Assembly: GCA_951406725.2 (NCBI GenBank)
Contig: OX597820.1
Location: forward strand, 83,948,001-84,012,000
Direction: 5' to 3'
DNA from: Octopus vulgaris
Taxonomy: Eukaryota
Length of the DNA stretch: 64,000 bases
Shown one piece after another: positions 61,199 to 64,000 of the stretch. Every line of letters begins with the position of its first letter. Position 1 is the stretch's first letter. The notes under the pieces were generated by a model. The model made no database searches. It was not told the DNA's origin and was given only the letters and a program-made list of their open reading frames with translations. The translations under genes and the position numbers were made by a program.

Positions 61199-62244
61199 AA
61201 ATATGTATATATATATCGAAACGTGGAGTAGATGAAACAAAGGCGACTGAAGAATGGGAATCTTCCTTGTTTTGTATGTTTTCGTCGTTTAAGAAAAATG
61301 TCCATTACCTTGGTTCATGTTTTCGTTTCTCATTGTGTTCGACGTTTTTTTTTGTGTCCTGTACCCATATATGCATGTATATATACATGTAGAGGTAGGT
61401 ACGTAATATATGTATGTATATATGCATATGTTTTATTTATTAATTTATATAAGTGTATGTGTGTTTGAATATATATAGATGTCTAGAGAGAGAGAGAGAG
61501 GGAGATCGAAATGAGTGAGACAAATACATATAAACACATATATGCATACATATATCGAGGCATACTTATATATAGGCTCTCTCTCTCTCTCTCTCTCTCT
61601 CTCGCACATGCTCACACACATACATATATATCCCTCCCAATCTCTCTATTTCTTTTTGTCGCATCCTACTTATCTGTCTCTCTTTCTTTCTCTCTCTATC
61701 TTATTTACTTCTCCTTTCTCCTCAATCCCTTTATTTATTTCCCTTATGCACACCCTCCTCCTTGTTCTCCCTGCTTGTTGCTCGCACGTGACTACAAGCC
61801 ATTTTCTCGTGTCTCTGTCTTATCGGGAGTTAAGGTCTAGATGGCCAGACGCCATTTCTCTCGCTTCTCGGCATCATTTTAGCTTCTAAATTTCTCCTCC
61901 GTTTATTCTTTATCCTTTCGAAATTACTTCCATGTGTGCCATTACAATTCGTCGTAACCTAGCAGCGCTAAACGTCTGTTTCCGTCAATCGTTTACTTCC
62001 GTATTCTAGCGTTGTTCTTCGTTCGAAGCCCGACCTATCCACAGCTGTATTGTCGTTACTACGAAACGCGCACTAATAAACAGTCGACAACTGAGGAAGA
62101 GTCGGACTTCTTTTGGCATTTTGTCTCGTACTTGTCTCTTGTTGTGTGTTTATGTACTTTTCGCTCGTCGGCGATGTCTTGTACTTAATGTGTATTTTTC
62201 AATTTTATCATGTGTGTATGTATACACAACACACACACACGCGA

Positions 62245-62290
<46 letters not shown>

Positions 62291-62445
62291 GAATTTATAC
62301 ATATACATGTATATGTATCTATGTATGTGTATATGTATATCTGCATATGTGTGTTTGTATATATATGATATATACGTATATGTAGAAGTATTTAAGTACA
62401 TGAATATATGCATATGTATAGGTATATATATATACACACACACAC

Positions 62446-62491
<46 letters not shown>

Positions 62492-62508
62492 GCATATATA
62501 TATATATG

Positions 62509-62546
<38 letters not shown>

Positions 62547-63379
62547 TATATATATCTATATATATATATATAGGTATATATATCTATATGTATGTATATA
62601 CACACACATACACATATATATATATATATAGTGTGTAAGTATTTATCGAAGGGGAATAACCGCTAGCTGGAAATTAATTGTATGGAGTTGTATTGTTGTT
62701 TATATATCTGTTTTCCAAAGAGATATATCTCATTATGCCACTTAATACAGTAGTACTTATGGGATTCCATTCTCTGTCACTAGTAATGTTTGCTAATGTT
62801 GTTTCTGTAATTCGACACCTGAAATCATTAAATACAAACCTATTACATTCCATTAGCGCAAATGGCTCTAGTTACCGATGACATAAAGTATCAAATATAC
62901 ACTTAACTGTACTCGTCTGTCATATTTTTCTCCATTATTCTGTTTAGAAAATATTTACTTCTTAAGAAGAGCGTAAATGTACAAATTAAAAATAATAATT
63001 TGCAAACTTTTAGTACCATTAAGGATTGTATTGATGATTGTGTCGAAAGAATGTTCATCTACCAGCTGGATTTCCTCCTCTTGTCATACAAAATATATGA
63101 CTAGGGGCGTTAGTACGGTCTATATTGGTGATATAGGATGTTGATGGAACACCAACGTATGCGATGAGTTAAAATATTTAGAAAGTAGTTGAAGATCACA
63201 CATAGAAATCACGTGTCAGGAAATGCATATATGTGTGTATATACATAAATATGTGTGTATAAAATATATAATAGTTTATGTATTATTTATGTAAAGCATA
63301 ATATGTTATAAATTTATGTATATTGTTATACGTTTATATATTTGTTTTGCAAGATTTTTGAAGTGAAATCGTGTGTTGA

Positions 63380-63857
63380 AACAGATATTGCTGTATTTCG
63401 GAATGGTCATTTTGCTAGTTTAGCCAATAAAAACACACGCACTATATATTTGGTGTTACTTTGCATCAGCGTTATTTATTATTTACTTTAATCTTAATCT
63501 TATTTCCGCCAGAGTTCTTTCGTCACACAGTTGTGACCGCATCAGTGGTCCTTTGCTTTCTTCTTTGTTATTTGTGTGTCTCTCCTTACTAACGGTCAGC
63601 CATTTATTGTATTCCTATTGTATGTGTCTTCATTTGCACATGCGTATATCTCTATGTGCGTCTATGTTTAGTTAGTGTGTGTGTGGAGGAAATGCCTGTA
63701 ATATTTGTATCTCCTGTTTATATACGTTCGTTTATATACATAGTCGCACATCGACATATACGCATGCGCAAATGAAGACACATACAATAGAAATACAAAG
63801 TGTTTTTATTGGCTAAACTGGCAAAATGACCATTCATAAATACAACAATATACTGTT
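63380..63857. repeat. nested inverted repeats
   Basis: Outer 63380-63436 / 63800-63857; inner 63607-63667 / 63738-63798. Confidence 0.88.
63509..63548 (-). ncRNA. degenerate hammerhead ribozyme
   Basis: Minus strand CCA-CTGATGC-G-GTCAC..GTGAC-GAAA-GAAC-TC-TGG; core A9 changed to C. Confidence 0.55.
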
Positions 63858-64000
63858 ATAATTGTCCTTTTAGTAAATAAATAAATTTACATAATATAAT
63901 GGATTCCATTCATTTTCTTATTGCTCTATATATATATATATATATATATAATTATCTCTGTTTTCTCTTTTTGTAATATCCTATTTGATCTTCCTTCTTT

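Overview
AT-rich, microsatellite-saturated eukaryotic DNA with no recognisable host gene. The SINE families and repeat style suggest a coleoid cephalopod such as Octopus (inference). Almost all short ORFs in the track are artefacts of (TA)n/(TAA)n/(CA)n repeats. The real coding content is transposon-derived: a nearly intact CR1-group LINE ORF2 (APE+RT), a 5'-truncated R4/Dong LINE (RT+RLE) inside a (TAA)n tract, two decayed mariners, a Helitron 3' fragment, and RTE and Penelope-like fragments. Three tRNA-derived SINE types are also present. The most notable unexplained layer is a set of short non-coding elements, mostly beside (TA)n tracts, that carry type I hammerhead ribozyme (HHR) motifs with palindromic stem III. 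They occur as a ~339-bp tandem repeat (retrozyme-like), as ~175-bp solo units, and as 135-570-bp fold-back palindromes, one with an HHR on each strand. All alignments and RNA folds were done by eye; coordinates are approximate to a few bases.
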